From a virus: DNA of 64,000 nucleotides. Positions within the stretch are counted from its first letter, which is position 1. Each line of letters begins with the position of its first letter. Made by a program: the position numbers and the translations under genes. Below the pieces are notes generated by a model that made no database searches, was not told where the DNA came from, and was given only the letters and a program-made list of their open reading frames with translations. Positions 38,621 through 47,588 of this stretch are shown in pieces. The stretch is taken from positions 1 to 64,000 of IMG/VR virus record IMGVR_UViG_3300030085_002231. One strand, 5' to 3'.

Positions 38621-39108
38621 AAGCTATGTATAAACAATTTAAGCTTACTAGTGGCGAAGAACTTATATGTGAGTTGGTCGAAACTAATGATGCAGACGAA
38701 GGTATCACAGACGTTATTATTAGACGCGCTATGAAGATTGTAACTACCGATGATTTAGAAGAAAACACACGTTATTACACGTTTAAACCATACGTTACTT
38801 TTCAAGATGATACTACAGATTTAATAGCTCTTAACTCTGTACACATAGTTAGTGAGTCTACACCTTCAGAAGTTGTAATGACACATTATGCAAGTGCGCT
38901 TTCTGATGCAGATAAATTTAATAAGATACGTAAAGCCACTAATATTTCGCTTTCTGAAGTACAATCTAAACTAAAAGATCTTACAGAACAAGAGATGGAC
39001 GAGTTTCTAGAATCAAAATTAGCAGAAATAAAAGACACTGATTTAGATACTTTAGATTCACAAATGTCTAACGTTATAGAATTTAAGCCACGAGGTACGT
39101 ACCATTGA
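38617..39108 (+). CDS. conserved T4-like protein downstream of uvsW (Sm-like N-terminus)
   Basis: FKLTSGEELICEL; C-terminal NVIEFKP. Confidence 0.6.
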   Translation: MKAMYKQFKLTSGEELICELVETNDADEGITDVIIRRAMKIVTTDDLEENTRYYTFKPYVTFQDDTTDLIALNSVHIVSESTPSEVVMTHYASALSDADKFNKIRKATNISLSEVQSKLKDLTEQEMDEFLESKLAEIKDTDLDTLDSQMSNVIEFKPRGTYH

Positions 39109-39758
39109 GTTTTTTAGTACATCCTCTACCTCCAGAAAATGTATTAGTAAGAAAAGAATATCTCTATGATCTTGAACGCGGTCACGGAGAATACACGCCT
39201 GGCATTTGGATCTCGGTAAAATCAACTCAATACAAAGCGTTATACTTTGAAACGCTACTTACAGAATATGGTGCACTTTATGATAAACTTCCGCTGTCAG
39301 CTTTCGTTTGGAAAACAGATCATGGCGATCTACCTCTTGATGTTCTGCAGTTGTGGGATTGCTTTGATTACGACCTTACTGTAGTTGAAAAACCTATACT
39401 AAGTCGGTGTGAGTTTTTCGGCAAAGACAAGAATATGCACGCAGGTGAGTATATGTTTACTATCGATAATGCACATCGAGATAGATCTACAATAGACATA
39501 AACTTTTCTGAACACGACCCAGAACATAAAAGCTTTAACGTAATACAATTGGATAACGGGCAATTTGCAGCTCAACCTAATAATAGAGTAATATGGCGTG
39601 ATTCGAGTTTAACGCCTGATAAATTAAAACGTCCGGATTTTAAAGTATGTACACAAAACTATCGTGTAGAAACAGAACCAAAATGGTCTGTTGGCCATAC
39701 TGATGAATGGCAATATATGACAGAGGACGAGGTATCTACCCTCCGGAAAGAATCTTAA
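39105..39758 (+). CDS. conserved hypothetical phage protein
   Basis: 217-aa ORF with TTG start overlapping the previous stop. Confidence 0.65.
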   Translation: MSFLVHPLPPENVLVRKEYLYDLERGHGEYTPGIWISVKSTQYKALYFETLLTEYGALYDKLPLSAFVWKTDHGDLPLDVLQLWDCFDYDLTVVEKPILSRCEFFGKDKNMHAGEYMFTIDNAHRDRSTIDINFSEHDPEHKSFNVIQLDNGQFAAQPNNRVIWRDSSLTPDKLKRPDFKVCTQNYRVETEPKWSVGHTDEWQYMTEDEVSTLRKES

Positions 39759-39761
39759 TTT

Positions 39762-39789
39762 ATTATACCACAACGTACGAAAAAGTACA
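39762..39789 (-). promoter_or_regulatory. candidate minus-strand early-type promoter divergent from gp55
   Basis: Minus strand reads GTGTACT...TGTGGTATAAT; 16-nt spacer from TGTACT. Confidence 0.45.
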
Positions 39790-39824
39790 CCATTATTTTT
39801 TACATTCAAAACAAAATTAATCTA

Positions 39825-39853
39825 TTTACAAATATAGCTTACTAGTTTATAAT
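39825..39853 (+). promoter_or_regulatory. early promoter TTTACA-N17-TATAAT
   Basis: Upstream of gp55; AGGAGG RBS follows. Confidence 0.75.
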
Positions 39854-39877
39854 ATACTATATAATGAAGGAGGCGAC

Positions 39878-40471
39878 ATGGCACGCGCACAAAGAAAAAG
39901 TATTCACTATGTCAATAATGCTGAATTCTCACAAGCCGTAGTGGAATATGTCACAAAAGTTCAAGAAGCTAAGAAACAAGAAACAACTCTTCCAATAGTA
40001 CCTGATTATATTGCCAGCTGTTTTCTACGAATAGCTGAGGGTTTGTCTCACAAATCTAATTTTATTCGCTACACATATCGCGAAGAAATGGTAATGGACG
40101 CAGTAGAAAATTGTTTGAAGGCGATTGAGAACTATAACTTAGAAGCGGCTACCAGAACTGGAAAGCCAAACGCTTTTGCGTACTTTACACAGATTACGTG
40201 GTACGCTTTTTTGAGACGTATCGCTAAAGAGAAAAAACAGCAAGATATTAAATTAAAATATTTGACAAAGTCAGGTATCGAAAACTTTATTGACAACGAG
40301 TTAGGTGACGAAACATCGCAGCAAGTTGTTGGCGCTTTCGTTGATACACTACGAGATCGCATTGAGAAAGTAAGATTCACAGATAACATTATTAAAGAGG
40401 AAGTGATAAAAGAAAAGAAGAGGCGCAAGTCAAAGAGTGCTGATTCTGATTTATCAGAGTTTTTAACATGA
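39878..40471 (+). CDS. gp55: late-transcription sigma factor gp55
   Basis: HYVNNAEF, IAEGLSHKSNF..YTYREEMVMDAVENC, NAFAYFTQI...AFLRRI.KEKKQ. Confidence 0.95.
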   Translation: MARAQRKSIHYVNNAEFSQAVVEYVTKVQEAKKQETTLPIVPDYIASCFLRIAEGLSHKSNFIRYTYREEMVMDAVENCLKAIENYNLEAATRTGKPNAFAYFTQITWYAFLRRIAKEKKQQDIKLKYLTKSGIENFIDNELGDETSQQVVGAFVDTLRDRIEKVRFTDNIIKEEVIKEKKRRKSKSADSDLSEFLT

Positions 40472-40587
40472 AAAAAATTATTGAGTTCCTTAAAAGTAAA
40501 GACGATATTGAAATGTTTATGATTACTTGCGTATTAGGTACTATCTTTGCATTCTTTATCTATTGTGGTTGGAGTCTAATTAATTGA
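40468..40587 (+). CDS. small membrane peptide (39 aa), not in the ORF track
   Basis: MKKIIEFLKSKDDIEMFMITCVLGTIFAFFIYCGWSLIN; overlaps the gp55 stop and gp47 start by 4 nt each. Confidence 0.55.
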   Translation: MKKIIEFLKSKDDIEMFMITCVLGTIFAFFIYCGWSLIN

Positions 40588-41645
40588 AGGTAGCAGTATT
40601 AAATGACACACATTGCGGTATACGTAACTCTTCCGAGATCTTCCTCGAAAATGCCAGGGTATTTTACTCAGAGGTCTTCTTTCCTTACTGTAAAGAAAAC
40701 GGGATCGAGCAAATCATACACTTGGGCGACTATTATGACCACAGGAAGTTTGTAAACTTTAAAGCGTTAAATCACAACAGGCAGCATTTTCTTAATCCAT
40801 TACGCGAAAATGGTATGAAGATGGATATTATACCTGGCAATCACGATACGTATTATAAGAACACAAACGATCTTAACTCACTCAAAGAATGTCTTGGTCA
40901 TTTTATGAATGAGATCCATATTATTATGGAACCAAGAGTCATGGAATACGGGTCACTAAAGATGGCCATGTTGCCGTGGATCAATCCAGAAAACTATGAC
41001 GACTCTATGAAGTTCATAGCAGATTGTAAAGCTGACTGGCTTGGGTCACACTTAGAACTCAACGGATTTGAAGTAATGCGTGGTATGACAAGTAAACATG
41101 GCATGGATCCCAAACTGTTTTCTCGATTTGAATTAGTTTTATCAGGTCATTATCACGTGGCATCTCGTAGAGATAACATCTGGTACCTAGGTTCGCAAAT
41201 GGAGTTCTTCTGGTCAGACGCACACGATCCAAAGTATTTCCACGTTATCGATACAGAAACAAGACAGATAGAAAAAGTTAGAAATAATAACACTTTGTTT
41301 GAAAAAATAGTGTACAATGACGACAAAATGGATTATAATAACTATAACATATCAAACTTAGATGGTAAGCTCGTAAAAGTCGTAGTAGTAAATAAAGCTG
41401 ATACGTTTACGTTCGATCGTTTTATCGACAGGTTACAGTCACAAGATATATACGAACTGAAGATAGCAGAAAACTTTCAAGAGTTTTCCGGTGAAAGTAT
41501 TGAGGATGATAAGATTAATTTTGACGACACCCAAGAGATTGTCGACTCGTATATTGACGCGGTCGATACAGATCTTGATAAAAATAAAATCAAAATCCAA
41601 GTAAGAGAACTTATGACTGAAGCACAAACTTTGGAATTTGCATGA
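40584..41645 (+). CDS. gp47: recombination endonuclease subunit gp47 (Mre11/SbcD-like)
   Basis: DTHCG, HLGDYYD, GNHD, SGHYH. Confidence 0.95.
   Translation: MKVAVLNDTHCGIRNSSEIFLENARVFYSEVFFPYCKENGIEQIIHLGDYYDHRKFVNFKALNHNRQHFLNPLRENGMKMDIIPGNHDTYYKNTNDLNSLKECLGHFMNEIHIIMEPRVMEYGSLKMAMLPWINPENYDDSMKFIADCKADWLGSHLELNGFEVMRGMTSKHGMDPKLFSRFELVLSGHYHVASRRDNIWYLGSQMEFFWSDAHDPKYFHVIDTETRQIEKVRNNNTLFEKIVYNDDKMDYNNYNISNLDGKLVKVVVVNKADTFTFDRFIDRLQSQDIYELKIAENFQEFSGESIEDDKINFDDTQEIVDSYIDAVDTDLDKNKIKIQVRELMTEAQTLEFA
41311..41339 (+). promoter_or_regulatory. early-type promoter inside gp47 (TGTACA-N17-TATAAT), possibly for gp46
   Basis: Same motif and spacing as the other promoters. Confidence 0.5.
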
Positions 41646-43381
41646 TAAAATTTAAAACTCTTCGGTATAAGAACTTTCTGTCATCTGGAAATAACTTTAC
41701 TGAAATACAACTTGATAGAAGCAAGTCAACACTCGTTGTCGGCCAGAATGGCGCAGGTAAATCAACTATGTTGGATGCTTTATCTTTCGCTTTGTTTGGC
41801 AAAGCACATCGTAATATTAATAAGACACAACTTATCAACTCTATTAATAATAAGGGTTGCCTAGTAGAAATAGAATTCAGTTTAAGTGGAAACGAGTTTA
41901 AAGTATCAAGAGGAATCAAGCCAAACGTATTTGAGATATGGAAGAATGGCACTATGCTTAACCAGTCATCTCACTCGCGTGAATATCAAAAGATTCTTGA
42001 ACAGAACATACTAAAACTCAACCATAAATCGTTTCACCAGGTAGTTGTATTAGGTAGCTCCTCTTTCATACCTTTCATGCAACTACCTTCACACATTCGT
42101 AGGGAAGTTATTGAAGATCTTCTCGATATTAACGTCTTTTCAAAGATGAACATTATTTTAAAGGAAAAAAATGTACAGTTAAAAGATAAACTCAGACAGA
42201 TAGATTACAACATAGATATTGTGAAAACTAAAATTGAATCTCAAAAGAAGTATATTCGCGATATCGCAGCACTAACTGAAGAGAATCGAAAGGACTATGA
42301 ATCTAGGATACAAGCATCGCAGAATCTCGTCGATGAATTACAGAATGAGAATAGTGAGCTTAGCCTCGGACTCGATGAATCTGTATCAGAAGCCGAACAA
42401 GGGCTCAAACTGTTACAGGATAGGAAGCAGAGTTTACTCCTCCGAGGTCAAGATCGGCAATCGACTATCCGCGACCTCGAGAAGCGGATCACCTTTTTCG
42501 AAGAGAATGAGTCGTGTCCCGTGTGCGACCAAGCCATTTCAGACGGCCATAAACATGCGATTTTATTATCGACACAAGAAGATAGGGATAGGCGGAAGAC
42601 AGAGATTAAGCAAATCGGAACGGAAGGCTTTGCGGTGGAATCGGAGATTGAGCAACAGGCTGGCTTACTTTCAACGCTTCGCGATCGGGTACATAAACTC
42701 ACTGCCAACTCGAAAGAGATTTCGAAACTGCAAGCAACCATATCTGATTATAGGTCGCATATAGAAAAAGAAATCGGTACGGATCTTACTCAGGCTCGTA
42801 CCGACTTACAAAAATTTGAAGATGATAGAAGTAATGAGTTAGAACAAAAATTAAAACTTTCTGATGATTTAAATTATAATTCTGTTATTATCGAAATGTT
42901 AAAAGACACAGGTATTAAGACTAAGATTATTAAACAGTACCTGCCGGTTATGAATAAACTAGTCAACCAATACCTACAAATCTTAGACTTCTTTGTACAC
43001 TTCCACTTGGATGAATCGTTCCAAGAAGTTATAAGATCTAGGCACAGAGACGAATTTACTTATGATTCTTTTAGCGAAGGTGAGAAACAGAGGATTGACC
43101 TAGCACTACTCTTCACCTGGCGGCAAGTGGCAAAGATGAAGAACAGCGTATCGACTAATTTACTTTTACTCGATGAAACGTTTGACTCATCGCTTGACCA
43201 CGACGGTGTAGAAAACTTACTGAAGATTTTATATACACTTGGTGAAGACACAAACGTATTTGTGATATCACATAAAGGTGATATACTCGATGGTAAGTTT
43301 GATAGTAAGATCGAATTTACTAAAGAAAAAAACTTCAGCCAGATGAAAATTGGTGTACAAGCGAATGAACTTGTGGTATAA
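41642..43381 (+). CDS. gp46: recombination ATPase gp46 (Rad50/SbcC-like)
   Basis: GQNGAGKST, CPVC zinc hook, FSEGEKQRIDL, LDETFDSSLD. Confidence 0.95.
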   Translation: MIKFKTLRYKNFLSSGNNFTEIQLDRSKSTLVVGQNGAGKSTMLDALSFALFGKAHRNINKTQLINSINNKGCLVEIEFSLSGNEFKVSRGIKPNVFEIWKNGTMLNQSSHSREYQKILEQNILKLNHKSFHQVVVLGSSSFIPFMQLPSHIRREVIEDLLDINVFSKMNIILKEKNVQLKDKLRQIDYNIDIVKTKIESQKKYIRDIAALTEENRKDYESRIQASQNLVDELQNENSELSLGLDESVSEAEQGLKLLQDRKQSLLLRGQDRQSTIRDLEKRITFFEENESCPVCDQAISDGHKHAILLSTQEDRDRRKTEIKQIGTEGFAVESEIEQQAGLLSTLRDRVHKLTANSKEISKLQATISDYRSHIEKEIGTDLTQARTDLQKFEDDRSNELEQKLKLSDDLNYNSVIIEMLKDTGIKTKIIKQYLPVMNKLVNQYLQILDFFVHFHLDESFQEVIRSRHRDEFTYDSFSEGEKQRIDLALLFTWRQVAKMKNSVSTNLLLLDETFDSSLDHDGVENLLKILYTLGEDTNVFVISHKGDILDGKFDSKIEFTKEKNFSQMKIGVQANELVV

Positions 43382-43382
43382 T
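43354..43382 (+). promoter_or_regulatory. early promoter TGTACA-N17-TATAAT
   Basis: Upstream of gp45; extended -10 TGTGGTATAAT. Confidence 0.7.
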
Positions 43383-43407
43383 ATACATATCTTTTGGAGG
43401 ATATATA

Positions 43408-44085
43408 ATGGAACTAAATGAGAATACTCTCAACGTCTTGAAAAACTTTTCTGGTATCAATCAGAATATGTTGATTCAACAGGGCAGCACAATTAAAACT
43501 ATTTCCGAAGCTCGCAATGTATTGGCCACAGCTGTGGTTGAAGAAGAGTTTCCACAACCTTTTGGCATCTATGATCTCAACGAGTTTATTGGTGTCCTTG
43601 GATTGGTAGATACACCTCGGCTTAAGTTTGCCGAAGAGTATGTTACCATTGGCGACTCAACTGGTCGCTCAAAAGTCAAGTACTTCTTCTCACCAGAAGA
43701 AACATTGACAACCCCACAAAAAGATATTAACATGCCGGAAACGGAAGTTAAGTTTACACTAACAAACGATACTCTCAATAAAATTAAAAGAGCTGCATCC
43801 ACTCTTGGACATGATGAAGTATTGATTACTGGCAAAGACGGTGTACTAAATCTTTCTGTGGTTGAAAGCCAGAACTCAACGTCAAACGCGTTTACAATTG
43901 ATATTGACGGTGAGTTTCCAGCTGAAACAAATTTTAACTTTATCTTGAGTATTTCAAATCTTAAGATTCTTACTGGTGACTATGATGTAGAAATATCGAG
44001 TAAGCTAATCTCTTGTTTCAAGCACAAAGATCTAAATGTCAAGTATTGGATTGCACTTGAAAAAACCTCTTCGTACGGAGTTTAA
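43408..44085 (+). CDS. gp45: sliding clamp gp45
   Basis: LKNFSGINQ, FGIYDLNEFI, YWIALE. Confidence 0.93.
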   Translation: MELNENTLNVLKNFSGINQNMLIQQGSTIKTISEARNVLATAVVEEEFPQPFGIYDLNEFIGVLGLVDTPRLKFAEEYVTIGDSTGRSKVKYFFSPEETLTTPQKDINMPETEVKFTLTNDTLNKIKRAASTLGHDEVLITGKDGVLNLSVVESQNSTSNAFTIDIDGEFPAETNFNFILSISNLKILTGDYDVEISSKLISCFKHKDLNVKYWIALEKTSSYGV

Positions 44086-44086
44086 T

Positions 44087-44311
44087 ATGAATGAAGAAAT
44101 CGAAAATCAAGAACCAGATAAGATGGATCACTTGATGACATTATCTAATCAGGTATCACGTTCGTGTGTTGCCGTGATTGATGCCATGTCACAGCGTGGT
44201 GCAGTCAAGGGTGAAGAAATGTCAACCCTTGGTAAACTACGTGATGATGCTGTACAAATCATCCAACTTGTTGAAACTATCCAACAAGAGAAAGCGATGG
44301 AGGAAGACTAA
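44087..44311 (+). CDS. hypothetical protein
   Basis: ATG at 44087 after GGAG; VIDAMSQRGAVKGEEM. Confidence 0.6.
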   Translation: MNEEIENQEPDKMDHLMTLSNQVSRSCVAVIDAMSQRGAVKGEEMSTLGKLRDDAVQIIQLVETIQQEKAMEED

Positions 44312-44315
44312 GATA

Positions 44316-44344
44316 TTTACTTGCTCAGTGTTTTGTGGTATAAT
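44316..44344 (+). promoter_or_regulatory. early promoter TTTACT-N17-TATAAT
   Basis: Upstream of gp44. Confidence 0.75.
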
Positions 44345-44365
44345 ATTTGTTATGGAGTATAGTAA

Positions 44366-45301
44366 ATGTCTAATAATTTCCTTTGGGTCGAAAAGTATCG
44401 GCCGCGTACAATATCAGAAACTATCCTACCCGATAGTTTAAAGCAAGTCTTTCAAAAGATTGTAGAGTCCGGTGAACTTCCTAATATGTTGTTCACTGGC
44501 TCTGCTGGTCTTGGTAAGACTACAGTTGCCAAAGCTTTATGTAACGAGCTTGGCAATGACTTTATTATTATCAATGGTTCCGAAGAAGGTAACATTGATA
44601 CGCTAAGAACAAAGATCAAACAGTTTGCGTCCACTGTATCGCTACAGGGTGGATATAAAGTTGTGATCCTTGACGAGGCAGATTATCTTAATCCACAGTC
44701 GACTCAACCTGCACTACGTGGATTTATCGAAGAGTTTGCCGATAACTGCAGGTTCATACTTACATGTAACTTTAAGAATCGTATCATTCAACCTCTACAT
44801 TCTCGTTGTGGTGTATATGAATTTAATACGTCTAAGAAAGACATGGCTCAACTTGCTGCTAACTTCATGGAAAGAGTTACGGCAATCTTGGAAGCTGAAC
44901 AAGTTGAGTATGATAAAAGAACAGTTGCCGATTTAATTATGAAGTTTGCCCCTGATTGGAGGAGAGTACTCAATGAACTACAAAGATATTCTGTTTTGGG
45001 GAGTGTGGCTGGGTCTGTTTCTAGTTCTAGTGGTGGATCCTTTGATGAGTTATATGCTCACTTAAAAGCTAAAGACTTTAAGAAAATGCGCGGCTGGGTT
45101 GTCAATAATATAGATACAGATGCAGCTGCAATCTTTCGCGGTCTGTACGATTCTATGTACGACAAAGTCGCACCGCAATCGATACCACAGCTTGTTTTAA
45201 TTCTTGCTGACTACCAATATAAAAATGCATTCGTGGCTGATCACGAACTAAACGTAGTCGCATGTCTTACGGAGGTAATGGCTAATGTCCAATTCAATTA
45301 A
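44366..45301 (+). CDS. gp44: clamp loader large subunit gp44
   Basis: LWVEKYRP, GLGKTT, ILDEAD, PLHSRC. Confidence 0.95.
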   Translation: MSNNFLWVEKYRPRTISETILPDSLKQVFQKIVESGELPNMLFTGSAGLGKTTVAKALCNELGNDFIIINGSEEGNIDTLRTKIKQFASTVSLQGGYKVVILDEADYLNPQSTQPALRGFIEEFADNCRFILTCNFKNRIIQPLHSRCGVYEFNTSKKDMAQLAANFMERVTAILEAEQVEYDKRTVADLIMKFAPDWRRVLNELQRYSVLGSVAGSVSSSSGGSFDELYAHLKAKDFKKMRGWVVNNIDTDAAAIFRGLYDSMYDKVAPQSIPQLVLILADYQYKNAFVADHELNVVACLTEVMANVQFN

Positions 45302-45575
45302 GTTAACCTTATACACTCAACACAATTGCGATTACTGCGATATAATGAAAATGAAATTATCTAGCTGGGGTTATCATTTTGACGTGGTAAACATAAAAGA
45401 AAACGTGCAAGCCATGGCGTTTCTACGTATGAAAAATCATAGGACAGTGCCACAACTCTATTGGAACAATGTACATCTTAACAAAGTTGAAACTCTAGAC
45501 TTTACGCGTGAAATGTTGGAAGAGGAATTAGATTATGAAAGCTATATTGGAGGTCCTACAGAATTTAGGTCCTGA
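45285..45575 (+). CDS. glutaredoxin
   Basis: LYTQHNCDYC, RTVPQL. Confidence 0.85.
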   Translation: MSNSIKLTLYTQHNCDYCDIMKMKLSSWGYHFDVVNIKENVQAMAFLRMKNHRTVPQLYWNNVHLNKVETLDFTREMLEEELDYESYIGGPTEFRS

Positions 45576-45729
45576 TTGGACTGCGTTTATTCTGTCTATG
45601 CAAGTTGCCCTTGTTATGGGATTCTTAGAATATTCTAAGACTACTATGATATTAGTATGTGTAGGCATATATTGTTTTTTAAGATTCGTACAAAGACCAT
45701 GGACTGATTATGACGACAAATCCCTTTGA
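45535..45729 (+). CDS. small membrane protein
   Basis: Two hydrophobic segments; fills the gap between glutaredoxin and gp62. Confidence 0.5.
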   Translation: MKAILEVLQNLGPDWTAFILSMQVALVMGFLEYSKTTMILVCVGIYCFLRFVQRPWTDYDDKSL

Positions 45730-46093
45730 TTACTTAACTGCTATCAATGACACAAAGAAAGATGTTATGATAGATGATATAGCCGAGAAAGGTTACAATG
45801 CTTTCATGGTTAATCGCGGTCTTTCTTACTTCAACGATACAGTTTTATTTGCAAATGAAATGAATTTGAATGCACACTTAGATAATCGTTTACAATTTGA
45901 CTTTCTTATAAATATAGTAAGAAGGCGGAAAAGATTTTCTAAGTGGATGAAACCTGAAACCGCCAGTGACGTGGAAGTTGTCAAGGAATATTATGGCTAC
46001 AGTAATGAAAAAGCCCGCCAAGCCTTGACCCTTCTCACACCTGAACAAATAATAGATATAAAAAAGAAGGTGTATAAAGGTGGAAGAAAATAA
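45710..46093 (+). CDS. gp62: clamp loader small subunit gp62
   Basis: PFDYL.AIN, FMVNRGLS, KRFSKW, VKEYYGYSNEKA. Confidence 0.92.
   Translation: MTTNPFDYLTAINDTKKDVMIDDIAEKGYNAFMVNRGLSYFNDTVLFANEMNLNAHLDNRLQFDFLINIVRRRKRFSKWMKPETASDVEVVKEYYGYSNEKARQALTLLTPEQIIDIKKKVYKGGRK
45907..45914 (+). promoter_or_regulatory. late promoter TATAAATA inside gp62
   Basis: Exact consensus upstream of regA/hsp20; intragenic, so could be chance. Confidence 0.4.
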
Positions 46094-46490
46094 TATTGTA
46101 GAATGGAATCCTACATCTATGCTCGAGATCTCATTAAACGAGCCAGATGATTTTCTAAAAGTTAGAGAAACGCTTACACGAATAGGTGTAGCATCCCGTA
46201 AAGATAAAAAATTATTTCAGTCTTGTCATATATTACATAAGCAAGGCAGGTATTTTATCGTGCACTTCAAAGAGTTATTCTTACTCGATGGTAAGAAATC
46301 GAACTTAGAAGAAAATGATATTGCACGCAGAAATACTATCGCACAGCTAATGAGCGACTGGGGTCTTATCAGTATTGAAACTGCAGATAAGATGAAACCA
46401 CTGGCGCCGATGAGACAGATAAAAATCATTCCGTTCAAAGAAAAAAATGAATGGGAGTTGTGTCCGAAGTATAATATCGGAAACAAGTAA
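46080..46490 (+). CDS. regA: translational repressor RegA
   Basis: DDFLKVRETLTRIG, QSCHILHKQGRYFIVHFKELF. Confidence 0.95.
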   Translation: MEENNIVEWNPTSMLEISLNEPDDFLKVRETLTRIGVASRKDKKLFQSCHILHKQGRYFIVHFKELFLLDGKKSNLEENDIARRNTIAQLMSDWGLISIETADKMKPLAPMRQIKIIPFKEKNEWELCPKYNIGNK

Positions 46491-46503
46491 TATATATAGT
46501 ATT

Positions 46504-46550
46504 GGACATGCCTTTTGGGTGTCCGCTTAACCTTGCTAGTCAATAGGAGG
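46504..46550 (+). promoter_or_regulatory. ROSE-like RNA thermometer in the hsp20 5' UTR
   Basis: Hairpin 1 GGACATGCC-TTTT-GGGTGTCC; hairpin 2 CCTT(G)CTA-GTCAA-TAGGAGG pairs the SD with a bulged G. Confidence 0.7.
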
Positions 46551-46555
46551 AAAAT

Positions 46556-47020
46556 ATGACTGGATCATTCGCATATCCGCGAAACGCATTTCTTGGTTTC
46601 GACCACATCTTTGATCAACTGGAAAATATTCACCAGCACTCAAAGGATACCTATCCACCACACAATGTCATTAAAGACGAAGAGATGAAATACACTCTTG
46701 AAATGGCAGTAGCTGGTTTCAAAGAAGAACATATTGACATTGAAGTTAAAGATCATATTTTAACTATTAGTGGTGATCGACCTCAGCGTCGTGAACAAAG
46801 CGCTTATGTTCATAAAGGTATTAGTGCTCGTAACTGGAAGAAGTCATTTAGACTGTCGGAATATACCGAAGTAACCGGAGCCGATCTTGTAGATGGAATC
46901 TTGACTGTTAGTTTAGAAGTCGTTCTACCTGCAGAGAAGCTGCCTCGTAAAATCACAATTGGAACTTACGAGGGAAAAAATGACAACAATAGTTCTGAAC
47001 TACTCACGGAATCTGCTTGA
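46556..47020 (+). CDS. hsp20: small heat-shock protein Hsp20 (IbpA-like)
   Basis: GFDHIFD, YPPHNV, AVAGF, YVHKGISAR, ADLVDGIL. Confidence 0.93.
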   Translation: MTGSFAYPRNAFLGFDHIFDQLENIHQHSKDTYPPHNVIKDEEMKYTLEMAVAGFKEEHIDIEVKDHILTISGDRPQRREQSAYVHKGISARNWKKSFRLSEYTEVTGADLVDGILTVSLEVVLPAEKLPRKITIGTYEGKNDNNSSELLTESA

Positions 47021-47189
47021 CGTAATTAGAGAATTCTTCTCTGCAATGGGCACAGCTATCATGGTTTCTAGACAAATAGAAACTAATCATAAGCTAGCTC
47101 ATCAGTTACGACATGAGTATCCAAAAGAAAATTATCAAGGCATTGTAGCAATCCTTAATGAAAAAACATTAAAGGAGTTCTACAAATGA
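46980..47189 (+). CDS. hypothetical protein
   Basis: ATG at 46980 after GAGG. Confidence 0.55.
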   Translation: MTTIVLNYSRNLLDVIREFFSAMGTAIMVSRQIETNHKLAHQLRHEYPKENYQGIVAILNEKTLKEFYK

Positions 47190-47237
47190 ATCCGAAAACA
47201 ATCGACATAATTGCTAAAATTATGGGAAGGAAAAACA

Positions 47238-47378
47238 ATGATTAGTTTTTTTAAGAAGATGTTTACAATTGATATTTCTAAAGGAAACCCATTGAAGTAT
47301 CGAGAATCTCAATACACACTCGCAGAACTTGAGCGTAGACTAAACGCAGAAATAAATGGGTTTAGTACAAGATACTAG
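47238..47378 (+). CDS. small hypothetical protein (46 aa), not in the ORF track
   Basis: MISFFKKMFTIDISKGNPLKYRESQYTLAELERRLNAEINGFSTRY, AAGGA upstream. Confidence 0.5.
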   Translation: MISFFKKMFTIDISKGNPLKYRESQYTLAELERRLNAEINGFSTRY

Positions 47379-47380
47379 AA

Positions 47381-47388
47381 TATAAATA
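47381..47388 (+). promoter_or_regulatory. T4-type late promoter TATAAATA (upstream of the lysozyme block)
   Basis: Exact consensus, intergenic. Confidence 0.7.
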
Positions 47389-47417
47389 AAAGGGAACAGC
47401 TAATGTTGTTCCCTTTT
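47388..47417 (+). terminator. intrinsic, possibly bidirectional, terminator
   Basis: AAAAGGGAACAGC-TAAT-GTTGTTCCCTTTT. Confidence 0.75.
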
Positions 47418-47432
47418 AATATAGGAGGTAGC

Positions 47433-47588
47433 ATGATTGGATCACCGCGCTATTGTAAAAACTGTGGTTGTAGATGCCACTGTTTAACAACTGAATGTAA
47501 GACATGCGTTAATGATGTTTGCAATAACTGTGATTGTGAAAATCCAATAAAAGATATGCCTGATAGTTTTACCAAGGAGAATACATAA
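47433..47588 (+). CDS. Cys-rich metallothionein-like peptide (51 aa)
   Basis: 10 Cys + 1 His in CKNCGCRCHCLTTECKTCVNDVCNNCDC; AGGAGG RBS. Confidence 0.65.
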   Translation: MIGSPRYCKNCGCRCHCLTTECKTCVNDVCNNCDCENPIKDMPDSFTKENT

